Of a stretch of 64,000 nt of DNA, positions 1-17,580 are shown piece after piece. The DNA is from the human T2T-CHM13v2.0 reference genome, Homo sapiens. How positions within the stretch are numbered: the stretch's first letter is position 1; each line of letters opens with the position of its first letter. The notes under the pieces are model-generated. The model did not search any database. It was not told the DNA's origin and worked only from the letters and a program-made list of their open reading frames with translations. The DNA lies in assembly GCF_009914755.1 (NCBI RefSeq), contig NC_060936.1. One strand, given 5' to 3'. The translations under genes were made by a program, and so were the position numbers.

Positions 1-1859
1 ATCTGTTTTCATTATTCATCCCAAATTGAAATAGATGCATAGTGTTTGCTTCGTGTGTGTGAACATCTTATAATCGAATATTATTTTGGAAGTGTATTTT
101 TAATATAATGACACTTGCAAATGTGTTTTATGACTTCTAAAGAAGGCAAAATTATGAATTTCTAAAAAGTTTTACAGACTTAAAATTTGCATATTAATTT
201 TAATCAGATATATGGTATATTTTGGGTTCATGTCATATTTGCAAAAATTGCCGTTGAGGGTACACAGTTGGTCTTATGCCTTTTTAAAGTTAGTCTGTAG
301 TAATGTGGATAATAAAGAAATGTTTGCAAAGCCAAACCAAAGCAGAAAATTGTAGTAATTATCAAATCAGCATATGTCACTTATCATCAACTACCTATTG
401 TTCATTGGCAATGTTCAACTCACCTGCACTCATTGAAGCCCAGCAAGGAAAAAAACCTCCGTATCACAATCCCTTCTCAATAACATGGTCTATGTATAAA
501 GACACAGACTTGTGTAAATATTAATATTAAACATAAATTCTAATAACAAAATTATCAGCCTAACCTAATAAGGACTGCTTAGAACAACTTTGCCACTTAT
601 CACATATTTTAATAATTTTTAGAATTTTCAGAATTACTTTCGTACTCAGTTGAACTGTACTCAAATAGGTACAGTGAAGAAAGGGGGGAAATGCTGTCAT
701 TATAGGTCTGAAAATAAGAAGGATAAGAGTAAATGCAAGCAAGACTGAGAGGTATATAATTAAATTACTAGAATTTGTTTCTTTGGTGACATTTCTGGGC
801 AAAGAAAATAAAGAGTATTTTCTCAATTATTATCAATCTCCTAATTTGTAATGAAAAACACCCTAAGAGCTTCCAGCTGTGTACTTAGCTTGTCCACCAT
901 TGGATTTTTTATCTTCATTCTGAGTTAACAGAGGAATTTCTCAAATTGGACTTTATTAGCAGAAAATGTAACTGTTCTCTATGTGGGACAATGCCAAAGT
1001 TTATATTGCCAAATTCCATGTAATCTAGAGGAAATTACCATGTAAATTTGCAACAAATTATGTTTAAAGATCAAATCTATATTCCTGGAAGACATTCTGT
1101 AATGTCACCATTAACTTTAAAATGAAAATTCTTGTATGTCACTATAACACTTGACTATTCCAGACGAACAGGAAATTCCTTATTCATCGGTTTGTTCAAC
1201 ATACTGCATAGTCCAAGATGTATTATAGGAGTAGAGGGTGTGCCTGAGAGAAGTGAAAGGAATCAATGATCATGAACTTTATATTACTCAATCCTAGTAT
1301 GAGAACTGACTGAATGAACAAAATTAATTATCTTTAATGTCCCTAAAATAGCAATAATAAGGTGACTATTTCTATAGATAACCTTCAGTTAATATTTTTA
1401 AATTATTTAAGATTTTGTAGGTAAATGAAAACACTTAGTTTTGTGGATGTTTCTGTTGGTGTTTACTAACAATGCAAAACAAGGTGGAGAACTGAAGCAG
1501 CTCTCTGGATGATTCATGCCCTATGAAATAGCCAATTTCTTGAGTTTAAGCTTAGGTATGTGCTTTCCTTTCTATTTTGTTGTTTTGTTTGAACTCAATT
1601 TTCCTATTGATTTTGCAAACAGGACACTCCCAGACTTGGTAACATCTCCACACCTAGATGAATATCATCTTTTTCCCAATGTGGAAATGAAAAAACTAAG
1701 GACCAAACAAATTGGGTGACTCATCCATAAATCAGAAATTAAATCATAATTTTCTTTTTCAAATCTATCTTTTCATTGTTAATCCTAATTGTAGTAACTA
1801 TGCCTAATTTTTAAATAATGTACAAATAAATCATGCTTTAGTAGAAAAATAGAAAATAA

Positions 1860-2242
<383 letters not shown>

Positions 2243-4764
2243 CCTTTTAGCATTTGTTATTTATGTATATTTATACAGAAAATATATTTTATAAAAATGG
2301 GACAATCCTAGATAATATCTATTCCTTAGTGAGAAAAGCTGGTTTCCAAATGGAATTTGGAATATCTAAGCAATAGATATTTCCATTATGAATACATTTT
2401 ATGTGCTTTGTTTTTCAAATGCTTACTTCAATTATAAGGAATTTAAAGATAGTTCAATCTATATTAATACTTTCCAATTAATTTTAGAAATTTAGTTATT
2501 ATTAGCAATTAAAATTTATTGAGATGACCACATATTTGAAACTGTTGCCATCACTATCAGCAAATACCCTTATGAAAGTATTTTTTGCTCTGATTTTTAA
2601 ATGTGTAACAGGTATCGTATTCATTTTGCAAGTATTAAATGGAGCCATTTTATACCTCCCAACCCCTTAAATCAGGTTTCTACCTCAGATATCAAGCCTG
2701 CAGGCTTATTGTACAATGGCTAGAATGGACTTTTGGGGGCTTCTTGATCAAGACAGTAAGCTAGAAATCCAGGCTGGTGGCAAAAGAATTTACTAAATTC
2801 TTTGTCTCCCACTTAACAAAGACCATCTGCCACAGGGTAGGGAAGGTGCCTTTGGTGCCATTAATGCACTCAGCACTGCGGCTAAAGTGAAAGGTAGGAA
2901 AATGTGATACAGGAGAAATGAAGACATGCTGCATTTGATAGAGTCTAAGACAGCATTGATTACAAGGTGCACCACCATACCACCAAGAAAGAAAAACATT
3001 CTGCTAATTAAACTAGAACATGACAGGAATTCTAAGACCCCATTTCAAAGATGTGAAAATATGGAGGGGGTTGGAGAGTGCATCTTAGAATGCATGAAAT
3101 AGAGTAAAAGAAAGGACAAGAGAGGAAGCAAGGAGGCCAAGTGCGATGCTCTGACCTGCTCACGCTGGGTCTTTAAAGCTCAGCTGAGGCCCATGCTGGG
3201 GACAGGGGTCTTGCCCTGCTTCCAGTAGGGTTTGGAGGGGAGGCTGCCTCTTGGGCACTCCTCACACTAATGCGGACAAGTGGGGTGCCATGTCAGAGAA
3301 AAAGCTGTGACTCGGTGTAATGGGGCAGAAAGGGAGGTTAAAGCCAGGTCCCCAGGTTTACCTCTACTCCTATATGGTTCAGATAGGAGCCAAAGTGCTG
3401 GTCCCGAGAGTGAGAATGTGAAGGCACATGAACTGAGACCCAGTGGGGTTGCCGCAGGGCCACTGCAGCAAATCCCTCCCAATTCTGTGGCAAAGGGTGA
3501 GATGATCCCATCATCCACTGGGCCAGGGGCCAGATAGAGAACAGGGCAGAAACTCAGAAAGGACCACAATGAGCAAGGTACTGCCAAGTCAGTCAAGGAG
3601 AACCACTGGGCTCCATCAAACTGAGAAAGTGACCCAGACATAGGTTAAACCTCTGGTGGACCTCAGCCAGGAGTGCCAACAGAACGGGCAGCAACCTGAC
3701 AAGAGACATTGCGCCAGAGAGGCCTGAGCACAGAACGAGGACATCACGTGGACCTCGGAACCCCAGCCCCCCACAGCCACAAGGTCACAAAACCACATAC
3801 CGCCAGGTGAAATCTGAAAGATCACACATTTTCTTCAAAAGAGAGTAGACATTTACCTCAAGAGATTGTTTACATTTTTTGTCACTGGATCAAATTTTAA
3901 AGAAGTGACTGAAGTGGCCGTTTCCTGGCCATCCAGCAGGTGGAGCCGTGCGTTGATCAGATCAGCAGCAGACAGTGAGGTTTTAGACAAATGAAGGAAC
4001 TACATTTCCTCTATGCTTCTGACTTGCAGAGCCGGGAAATATGTAACCCAACATAAAAGTACAACTTTTCTTCTAATTAGTCAATGTATGGTATTTGATT
4101 ATGTCAAGCCACTGTTTCTAACCACATGCAGAGAAATAAATAAAAAATATTCTCCAGGAACTTTCCTTGATCTCTCCAACCAGAAGCAACCCCTTCCCCT
4201 TCTGAATGTTCCTAGCACACAGGCTCTCAAAGTGTGGTTCCTGGACCATCATCAGAGCGTCAGCTGGGAATATGTTAGAAATGCAAATTATCAGATCCCA
4301 TCCCAGAACTACTGTAGCAGAAACTCTGAGGGGTGAGGCCCAGCAATACATATTTTAACAAACCATTTAACAAGTATTCTGAGAGCACTTTGTACTATTC
4401 TATGAGATCTATTACATTCTAGCATTATTTTTTTTTTTTAGTTTTACTGCCCTGTGGCTCCCAGGTTTGAATATTTGATGTAATCAGACTATAAATATAC
4501 ATTGTTCATCCTTGCCACAGTTACCTATGGACCCCTGAATCATCCTCAATTCCTTGCAGATTTAGCTCCTAGCTAACTGTTACTCTTGCCAACACGTTTC
4601 TGGTCACAACTCATAATACTTTCAATATCTATATAAATGACCTACCTGGTCTTTCGCTTAATCCCAATTCCTCCTCTCTGCTTTAGCCCGTCACTCTATA
4701 AGCATGTGGTTGATCCATCATTACCAATTACCAATAGTTACAACCCATAATATATATTTTCCCC

Positions 4765-5152
4765 TCTCTTCTTTCTTTCTCTTTCTTTCTTTTCTTCTCT
4801 TTTCTTTCTTTCTTTCTTTTCTTTTTCCTTCCTTCCTTCCCTCCCTTCCTTCCTTCCTTTCTTTTTGTGAGACAGGGGCTCACTCTCTCATCCAGGCTGG
4901 AGTACAGTGGCACTATCACAGCTCACTGCAGCCTCCTCTTTCTGAGTTCAGGTGATCCTCTCACCTCAGACTCCCAAGTAGCTGGGACCACAGGTGCACT
5001 CCACCATGCCTGGCTAATTTTTTTCTAATTTTTTGTAGAGATGAAGTGTACATGTATTGCCCAGGTGGTCTTGAGTTCCCAGGTTCAAGCCATCCACCCA
5101 CCTCAGCTTCCCAAAGTGCCAGAATTACAGGCATGAGCCATTGCACCTGGCC
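4765..5152 (-). mobile_element. AluJ with (CTTT/CCTT)n tail
   Basis: Alu dimer at 4862-5152; pyrimidine microsatellite at 4765-4862. Confidence 0.92.
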
Positions 5153-5299
5153 CAATATCATTTTCAAGCAGCTTACTCCCTTACTAGCATCTACATCCTA
5201 TCTTTCTACTTGCACCCCCTAAATACCCTAACTCCAGCAGCCTTCAACCCCATAATCCCATTGATTCACCACTATTACGTGGTAACCAGCCTCTCACAT

Positions 5300-6280
5300 G
5301 CCCTATTTTCCCTTCTAACTCAGTTGGATTACAGTTAATTATTACAATCATTCCCATGCACTATCTTCAACTCTCTTTGTCCTTTTCTTCTTTGTATTAT
5401 TCACCTGATAAACTCCAACCCTGGTTAAATCCAATGTTCAGCCTACTCTATTCCTGCACCCCCAACTCATATGACTAGAGAAAAATGTGAAACCACACTG
5501 GCCAGTCTCATTCTGAATTCATAACTACTGAACCTCAAGTGAGTGTGGGAGTCATAATACATTCTCTTAATCCATTCTTTCTGTTAGATGACTACTTCAT
5601 GCCTTCTCCCTCCCCTCCTCAAATGCCAACACCTTCTCCCCAATCCTTACTCTCAACCTGCTGATAGTCTTGCTTCCTGTTTCAAGGAAAAAATAGAAGC
5701 AATCAAAACGGAATTTCCACAAGCACCTGCCAATGCATCTGTGCCATTTTCTATGCCTCTCATCCTGCTGTTATGAACTCACCCCAACCCCAGCTAATCC
5801 CCTTACAGAAAATCTCTCACAAAGAACTGTGTATATTTACTGTCTCTAGTTTTTCCCCTCCCATTTTCTTTTAAACTCTGTGGCTCTGCCCCATTAATCC
5901 ACTGAAGCTGCTCTTGTCAAGGTCACCTGTGACTTTCATGATGCTAAAGGAATGATCAGTTATTTATGTGTCTTCATCTTACTTGACCTACTGGCAGCAT
6001 TTTGTACAGCTGATGGCTCCCTCCTCTTTGATACATTTTCTTGGCTTCCACGGACACCACACTTACTGGTTTTCCTTGTACTGCACTACTTCTCAGTCTC
6101 TTTTGCTAGTTCTTTTTTTATATTTTCAACATTTAAACAATAGAGTGCCCCAGGGCTCAGACATTGGACCTCTCTCTTCTCAGTCTACCTTCACTCACAA
6201 ATTTTCCACTCCAACTTGAACCCCAAAGTCTATATCCAACTGCCTAGACATCTGTACTTGTTTGTCTAATGGACACCTTG
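5300..6280 (+). mobile_element. L2 fragment
   Basis: ctcttgtcaaggtcacc...acttgacctactggcagcattt...ccccagggctcag. Confidence 0.75.
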
Positions 6281-6369
6281 CAGGCCTACTGCTCAGCAAC
6301 ATATGACACAAGATTGCTTTGTCTGCTGTGTGAAGAAGGGACCCCAAAAGAACAAGAATTAATGTAGGT

Positions 6370-6990
6370 GCACAAGTGAGAAGGCTAATGTAGTAGTCTA
6401 GGCAAGAAATAATATTGGTATGAATGCCTGTGGTGGTAGAAAAAGAAGTTGACTTGCTTAAAATTAGGTGGAATCAAAAGATTTAATGATGGATTGGATG
6501 GAGGTGGGAAGGAAGAGAAAAAATCAAAGATGGCTTCCAGCATATGGGTTGGACAATGGGGAAAATGATAGGGCTACTAAATGAGGTGTGGAAAACAGGA
6601 GGGAAATAGGTTTGGCTCTTCTCGGAAGAGTCGGAAGATAAAAGTCCAGTTTTGAACGACTGAAGTTCCAGATGCTTGACACATCCAATTGGTAATGTTT
6701 GTAAATTAACTGGGATATATAGAACTGAAACTCACTAGACAGGATGAGATTAAAAATATAAAACTGTATCAAATGCTACTGAGCAATAAATTAAGATAAG
6801 AACTGAAAAGTGTCCTTTGAATTAGGCAATTTGGAGGTCACTAATGAGCTTGCCAAGAACAGTTTTGGTGAAGTCCTTGGAAATGGAAGAGGATCCAGAG
6901 AGCAAATGATGGGACTGACCCTTCAAGAAGGAGGGACACTTCTTTCATTAAAATAGAAGGAGCAGGAAGATGATAGGTGCAGAAGTGGGA
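6370..6990 (-). mobile_element. L2 fragment
   Basis: Purine-rich L2 antisense motifs (gtagtctaggcaaga, ggaggtcactaatgagcttg). Confidence 0.65.
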
Positions 6991-8442
6991 ATGTTCACAG
7001 GATTGCTGTGGAAAATATGTGAGCGCTCAGTCTAATGCCTTTTGTTCGCAATGAACTAGGACAAAGCAAAGGGAACAGTAAGAGAAAGTGGTAGGGTTAA
7101 GAAAGAGAGGGAAATGTGCAAAATAACCAAAAAGAGTGAGAGGAAAATTCTTATTTGTAAAATAGAAAGTGAGTAGATTGACAACTTCCTCGGAAAGTAA
7201 CACTTGCTATGAGAAGGTGTTAAGATGTTTTTGGAATAATAACGTTCATATTTCTGTATTCAAAATAAAAGAATTCACATAAAGTTTAGGCATGAAGGAA
7301 ATCACAGACTGTGTAAATAAAATTAATGTGAACTTTTATCTTGAAATCATAAGACTTTAGATTTAGTGCCCTGAAACAAATAGCTACCTATTGCCTGTGA
7401 TAAAGACAATAAGGAAAAAAAATTAATCAGCAGGAATTCTGTTAGTTTGTCACTTAAGCAAAACCATTTCCTTTCTTTGAAATCCATCTGGAAATGTTCA
7501 CAGGGCAAGGAGTTTGCTGCAAACTCAAGGTACAAACACTCATTATAGGACAAACAGAGGAAGTTATTCCATCGTAAAACTGTCAGTCGTCAAAACAGCC
7601 CATTCAGCCCATTACAAAGGCCTTATCTGCTGCCTGGCTCTGCTGCTCTGGTTGTTTCTCTTGCCTTCCCTGAAGCAGGAACATTTAGTCATTAGAATCA
7701 CAAAACCTGAAATGTGGGAGGGGTATTGACCTTGATCTGGCTTAGTACTCTCCATGTGTTTTCACTTTTTAAAAATAAATCACAAGGAGTCTGTGCAGAG
7801 TCTCCAGTGACAGAGAACTCAATAGCTGTCAAGAGAACCCATTGCAGGTTGGACGGCACTTTCTTCCATTCCGCTGAAATCATCTGCCTGCTGTTTCCAG
7901 CAATTCCGGATTTACCCCCATCAAAATTTGTCACAACAAAGCTAATGTTTATTCCATATGCTCACCCTTCAAAGAAAGAAGGTAGCTATCATACACTTAC
8001 GCAACTTTTTTCTCCAGTGCACATCTCAACTTCCTTTCTTTTCACCTTCTTATGTCCTTTTATAATATTTCTCTGATTGTATCTCAGTATGATTATAATT
8101 TAAAGTGTAGTGCCCAGAGCTGAAGATAATTATCTCAGTATTCTCTGATAAGGAAGGGTAGAGTGAAATTATAATCTCTTATTTGAGTATTATATTTATA
8201 TATATATATAATTTGAGTACTGTATTTGTATATGTAATATTTATTACATATAATATATACTATATGTTATAAAAATATTATGTTATATAAATATGTTGTA
8301 TTTATTATAAATATATGTTATATAAATATATTTATTGTTTGCTATATTATTTATTACATATTATCAAAATAATATTTCATTGAAAATATCAATGCATTTA
8401 ATGATTCCACAACTTTCATGGCAATCACACTATTGACTCACT

Positions 8443-8905
8443 ATAGTAGGCTGAATAATGGTTCCCCAAAGGACCATTATTAAGGTCCACGTCTTAATCC
8501 CTAGAGCCTGTGAATATGTTGACTTACATGGCAAAAAAAGACCTCGCAGATGTGGTTAAATCAAGTATCTTGAGAAGGGGAAATTATCCTGGATTATCTA
8601 GGTGGGTCAATATAATCACAAGGATTCTTACAAGAAGGAGGCAAGAAGGTCAGAGTCAGAGAAGGACATGTGACCATCGAAGTGGTCACTGAAGTAATGC
8701 AGGACCATGGGCCAAGGAATGTGAGCAGTCTCTAGAATTTGGAAAAGGCAAGGAAACCAGTTCTCCCCAGAGCCTCCAGAGGGAACGCAGCCCTGCTGGC
8801 CCATTTAGCCTCTGACCTCCAGGACTGTCAGAGAATAAATTTATGTTCCTTTAAGCCACTAAGGGTGTGGTTATTTGTTACAGCAGAAATAAGAAGCTAA
8901 TACAC
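8443..8905 (+). mobile_element. MLT1 (MaLR) LTR
   Basis: aataatggttccccaaag...gtccacgtcttaatccc...gtgtggttatttgttacagcagaaataagaagctaataca. Confidence 0.85.
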
Positions 8906-9281
8906 TCATATTTAGCTAAAGTTGCAAAGTCTTACTTACATATATTGTAGTTAAACTACATATTACATGTATATAGTTGATTTTCTGGACATAAGAACAA
9001 AATCTTAATGATTATTCTCATTAATTTTATTTTGCTTGCTTCATCTCACCCTTCAGTTACGAAGAATTAATTTAAAACTGCTTCTGATATCCAACTGTGC
9101 ACAGTCCTTTGGTCTTCATGGAATCTTCCGATATTTTTATAAGCGTGTCTTCCTGTGTAATTAATTAAATCATCAAATTGTTGAATAGGGGAGGACAAAG
9201 GGAAAAACCAAGAAACCCTCTTGGTTTGGGGAACCATCATTTATTCGTGATCTTATATTTCATTTAGTCTATATTTTTCAA

Positions 9282-9586
9282 TTTTTCTTTTTTTTTTTTT
9301 TTTGGAGACAGAGTCTGGCTCTGTTGTCCAGGCTGGAGTGCAGTGATGTGGTCTCAGCTCACTGAAACCTCCGCTTCCCAGGCTCAAGCAATTTTCCTAC
9401 CTCAGCCTCCTGAGTAGCTGGGACTTACAGGCACATGGCACCATGCCTGGCTAATTTTTGTATTTTTAGTAGAGATGAGGTTTCACCATGTTGGTCAGGC
9501 TGGTCTCAAACTCCTGACCTCAGGTGATCCTCTCGTCTTGCCCTCCCAAAGTGCTGGGATTACAGGCGTAAGCCACCGCACCAGCC
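9282..9586 (-). mobile_element. Alu
   Basis: Alu dimer; TSD tatatttttcaatt. Confidence 0.95.
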
Positions 9587-9943
9587 TATATTTTTCAATT
9601 ATATCCAAAAGAATATCATAAGACTTTCACAAAATGCCTTGAACTAGTCCACACTTTCCAGGTAGTAACTCCCTCAAAGAAGGGAATGAAATTAATACAA
9701 TGAACTTGCTCTTTGTTAATCTGTGCTGGTTTCTGATGATCACAGCTTTCTTTTCTAGTCATTCATAAACCATTACTTTACTAATCTGATCTAGAAACTT
9801 GCACAGGACCAATAATGGATTCATAGGCTTCAGTTTGATGAGTATAAATAATTTTTTTCTTATAAAAAACAGAATGATTACATAATATTCAGGAGCTATT
9901 AGAATATGTGTATATTGTTTATCCTTGTTAAAAATTATGTTAA

Positions 9944-10227
9944 GGCAGGGCATGGTGGCTCATGCCTGTAATCTCAGAACTTTGGGTAGCTGAGGCAGGT
10001 GGATCACTTGAGCCCAGGAGTTTAATACCAGCCTGGGCTACACGGCAAAACCCATCTCTACAAAGAATGCAAAAATTAGCCAGGCGTGGTGGCAAGTGCC
10101 TGTGGCCCCAGTTACCCAGGAGGCTGAGGTTGGATGTGCCTAAACCTGGGAGGCAGAGGTTGCAGGGAGCCAAGATTGTGCCACTGCATTCTAGCTTGGG
10201 TGACAGAGCAAGATTTCATCTCAAAAA
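9944..10227 (+). mobile_element. AluJ
   Basis: Alu dimer. Confidence 0.92.
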
Positions 10228-11235
10228 TTACTTAATGAATTAATTAAAATTATATTAAAACTAATTTTAATCTACCTTCTCTTCTCTTGAAGATTTTCTA
10301 GAATACTAGCGTACTAATAATGATCTTAGAAAACAACAATTCCCAACGTAGTATCCAAGTACTTTCTTAATCAACTTTTCCTTTTTCTGAGACTGGAAGG
10401 AAATCAAGTAAAGAATTTCTATAATAGTGGAAAAACAGTGATGTTCTATGTCATATTTGACTTATGTTCTAGAATAAGAATCAGACAGACTTTTATTAAA
10501 TCTGTCAAAGAATTAATGTTTAAACCTCCAATCTATATCAACAGTTGAAGATAATAAAACAATAACGGATAACATGTATCAGTACCTACTATATGTATGT
10601 AGTAACTATTTAGTCACTCAATCCTTACAAAAGCCATAAGAGGTAGATACTATTGCTATCCCCATTTGACAGACTCAGAAACTGAGGTCTTAGATGGTTT
10701 ACTAACTTGCTAGTATAACTAGTTAGGTGCAGAGGCAGAACTTAAACCTAAATAATAAAAAAATCGAAGCTGTCTGATGTGTCACGCTGTGCTGTAAACT
10801 ACTATTCTGACTAAACTTTTTAAAATTAACTTTTCATTTTGAAAAATTTCAAACATACAGAAAAGTAGAGGCAGGAGTACAATGAATATTCTTTTACCCA
10901 TTTTCTATATTTAAAAATTGTTAACATTTTAGCAATTTTGACTCATCTTTTAAAACTTTGATTTTTCAATCAACATACAATAAAACTCATATTTTTGGTA
11001 TACAGTTCCATGAATTTTAATACATGTATAGATTCATGTAACCACCATCACAATCAGGATACAATAGTTCCATTGCCCCTAAAAAATTTTCTCACAGAAT
11101 CCCTGTGTAATCACACTCTCCTCGCACCTGTAACTCCTGGAAACCACTGAATTGGTCTCTGTCACTATAAGTTTGTCTTTTTGAGAATGTGCTATAAATG
11201 CAATCATATAATATGTAGCCTATTAAGACTGGCAT

Positions 11236-11543
11236 CTTTTTTTTCTTTTTTTCTTTTTTTTTGAGATGGAGTCTTGCTGTGTCATCCAGGCTGTAGTGCA
11301 GTGGCACAATCTCGGCTCACTACAACCTCTGCCTCCCGAGTTCAAGCGGTTCTCCCGCCTCAGCCTCCCGAGTAGCTGGGATTTCAGGCACCCACCAACA
11401 TGCCCGGCTAATTTTTGTATTTTTGTAGAGACGAGGTTTAACCATGTTGGTCAGGCTGGTCTTGAACTCCTGACCTCAGGTGATCCACCCTCCTCAGCCT
11501 CCCAAAGTGCTGGGATTACAGGTGTGAGCCACTATGCCCAGCC
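11236..11543 (-). mobile_element. Alu
   Basis: Alu dimer; TSD-like aagactgg(c/t)atct. Confidence 0.95.
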
Positions 11544-12046
11544 AAGACTGGTATCTTTTACACAGAGTAATGCCTTTGAGATCTCTCCAAGGTATCGCAG
11601 AACTGGTATTCCAAAATACAAACGCCACACAGTTTTTCCATTCACCCACTGAAAGATAGTTGGCCTGTTTCCAGTTTGGGGCAATTATAAATGGAACAGA
11701 TATAAACATTCATGTGTAAGTTTTTATGTGAACATAGTTGTATTCTTCTAGGGTATATACCCATATACCCATTAGCAGTGTTTCCGTGTCATATGGTAAC
11801 TGCTTAACTGTATAAGAAACTGAAAACCCAGAGTGGGGATACTATGTTACATTCTCACTAGCAATGTTTGAGAGTTTTAATTGCCCCACCTCTTTGCCAG
11901 CACTTGGTATTATTACTATTTTTTTTTATTTCAGCCATTCTCATATGTGTATAGTCATACCTCATTGTGGTTCTAATTTGCATTTCCCTAAGGGCTAAAG
12001 ATGGACATTTTTCATGTGCTTATTTGTCTTCTGCATATCCTCTTAA

Positions 12047-12370
<324 letters not shown>

Positions 12371-12602
12371 TTGCTCGTGTTTTGGAATTGGGTTATTTGT
12401 TTTTACAATTTTCTGAATATAAAGCCTTTGTTGAATGTGTGATTTATAAAATTTTTCACTGTTTGAACTTTGTCTTTCCATTCTCTTAGTAATGTCTTTA
12501 CAGAGCAAAAGTTTTAAGTGTAATGGAGTCTAATTGACGAATGTTTTCTTTTACAGATTCTGCCTTTGTCTAACCTGTTTCCTGCTCATCAAACTTGAAT
12601 TA

Positions 12603-13058
<456 letters not shown>

Positions 13059-13764
13059 TTACTTCAAATTCTAGTCTTTGTTCCCAACCTGCCTGATTCT
13101 ATTTACTTTTCAGAGTCCTCAGAGAGCTAGTTCCAGTGTTCTTTTCAGATTTTATAGCTGCACACCATAGGAGAGACAGGGAGCAGTGCGCTTACTCCAT
13201 CTATCCTGGAACCAGAACCGTTGACACCAGCTTTTTGGACATCTAACTCTCAGTGAGTCAGTGGAAGTTTCTCCCCTCCCCTGTCTTACCCATCCCCAGA
13301 AACTGGAGTTTTAGTTAAGAGCGGACTGGTGAAGCAGGAGAGGGATGACACGGCATCTGCAGCAGCCACCACTTGCTAAGCTATTGTGCTGCTTCTCTAC
13401 CTGCCTGTCCTCATCTTTAAGTTAAATTACAGACATCATTAAATATCACCCATAACCACAATACTATTATAATACCTAACCCAATAAACACCAATTCTCC
13501 AAAACCCAGACCATATGCAAATTGTTCCTATTGACCCCAAGATGTAAGGAACCAAATCTTCATGTTTTAAAGGATTATAGCAGTACTGTAGGGGTAACCT
13601 TAGCTGACATGTAAGTAAAGGTCATAATCACGTGTTCACATAAGAACACAACCTCAGCCTTTATGTCTAATCTTAATTAACATCTTTCCCACGTGCTGCT
13701 CCCCCTGATGGCCATGCTGATCTCTAGCAAGTACATGGAACAGAGGAAAGCACTAATCATTTGA

Positions 13765-14217
<453 letters not shown>

Positions 14218-14994
14218 TGACTCATCAGTGAATTGTGAAGTCAATTTACTGGATTTCGACCAGTATTTTTTTTAAAGAAAGAATAGAACAGAATAGAAAC
14301 TTTCAGAGCACATTCTACATAGTAAGTAAGTGTTGTTTTATGACATGTTATTTTCAATTCTCTGTATGTAAATATATGTGTTGTAAGTTGCAACAGAAAT
14401 CTATTTCTTACGGTAGTGTTCAAGAATTTTGAGGGCCACAGCTTCATAAGAAATCCAAAGTGGCTCTTCTTAGAAGGCTAGTCCCTTTTCCAGTATCTAC
14501 AGGGAATAATCAGATCCAGGAGACCCAGTCTTCCCATTTTCCTCTATCTCTGGTTGACATGAGATTTCCTAAAGATTCAGATATCTAGACAGGGAGGATG
14601 ATCAGCAGTGCATCCACCAACCAGCTGAGAAGTAAGCTTCCCTGGACATAGTGCTCAGAGTACTATGGCATCACATGAGAGGACCTCAAGGAGAACATAA
14701 GGAACACAGATGACAGGAAATTAGGACACAGGGCAGGAGTGAAGAGGACATGTGTATGAAGCCTTAGGTTGCCAGCCATGTTTATAAGCAGCATGAATCA
14801 GAACAAAGATGAGAAGTAGGCTGACCATTTCTGCAGTGTAACTCATCAAAAATCTGCAGAGACAGTTGAAGTTAGTGGTTGGGTGTTTGGGCCCAGCAGC
14901 ATAACCCTCTGGGATCTAATCCCTGTTCTCCTCTTACTAGTTTGTCTATTATTGGGAATGTTAACATCTCTGAGCCTTATTTCCATCATCTCTC

Positions 14995-15425
<431 letters not shown>

Positions 15426-16271
15426 TGATTATTTAATGAGTCAATGCATGTGAAGAAGTTACATTGCTTCTGGCATATAGTAATGATTCAATGAAAGTAC
15501 TTGTTATTTTTTGAGAGATTTTGGAGATGAGAGGGAGAGTAAGAGCAATAAGATTATGAAATGAGATAAAATACAATGACTCTCACAATATAATTACAAT
15601 ATTTTTGTTAAAAAGATATGACTCGGTATATGACAGCCCTGAAACTACTTTCAACATTTTCTTCTCTGGTAAAGATGTCAGTTTCTCATCACACTGGCTT
15701 GGTTGAAGTTACCTTCATGCATTTCATGATTTGCAGAGATCAAGGAGAAATTAATATTAAATCAAAAAATTCAAATATTAATTTTAAAAAATACTTGTTT
15801 TTTAAAAATCTAATCTAAACCTCCCTTACTTTAAAATTGTCTGCCTAGGTGTGTTTCTTACATTTGGAGACACTCTAAGAGACACCAGTTATCTAGGGCA
15901 GGGAGGGTCCAGGCAATTAGATCAAGAAAAGTACAGGAAAGAGTGTGGGCTGCAGGGGTGGGAGGGTAGCTACCTGTTGAGGATGAATTGATGCCAGGAG
16001 ACATGTAGTTCCCAAAGGTGGGCCCCAGATTCCAGAGAAGGGCAATTGGGTGAATACCTCACGGAAGCCCTACTTTTCTGGCAGGCACATGAGTCTACAG
16101 GGGAGAACTGTTGTAAAATTACAGCCTGCAATTTAGAAGTAATCCCCCCATTAAGGATAACTTTGCCTTTCCACCAGAACTCAGGGACAACTAAAATGTA
16201 AATGGTGATAATGTATTGTCAGACCCCAACAGACATGTTTTTTTTCCTTACCTCCCAAGGTAAGAGAGTAG

Positions 16272-16878
<607 letters not shown>

Positions 16879-17580
16879 TTAGTAAGCTTGCTAAGCATTA
16901 ATTTCTAATTAAGATTTTATTTAGAAATAAAGTTTTATTACAATAAAACTTAATTAGAAATAAAATAATAAACCATAAAAGACTATCTTAAGACTTTACT
17001 TCTTTAATATAAGAAGAGCTTATTCCAATGGTTTTATTTATCTTGATTGAAGTTTGTATCTTTTTCACAAAAGAGTGTTTTTTAGTATCTCCTTTCCACA
17101 CAATGCTTGTATTTTTTATCAGTTGGCTTGCCTCAATTGGATTCAACCCAGGAGGGTACCTTTTTTTTTTTTTTTGCAGAAGTTGCTCAAACTGAGTACT
17201 GACTCCTCTCACACGGAAACCACAAGTGTCAGTTTTTCTTAACTTGAAACAAAATTATTCTCCCCGTCTTACCAGCAGTTTTCCAACACTTGCTAGTTTG
17301 TGATCTTTCTGTTTCATAAACTTGACCATCTTAGTTATCAACTGACTGAACTGGCCAAGCCCTACCAATGTCACCTGTGTCTATCATGAGTAATTTCTGT
17401 TTAGGGCCTACTATTTACAGGGACCTTTTAAACAGATGAATAAAGCCTTTTTCTCTATCACTAGGATCTCTGTCACCGGTGGGAAAAATTTTAAGACACA
17501 CATGTGTTTTGTTAACTTAAAAAAACATGTAATTTATAATTTAGAAAGGAGACTATTTCTTGTAAAGAATTACAGCCTGC

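Noticed and set aside
3933-3946. CTCF-like CCAGCAGGTGGAGC
   Set aside because: Weaker match with no supporting context; could be chance.
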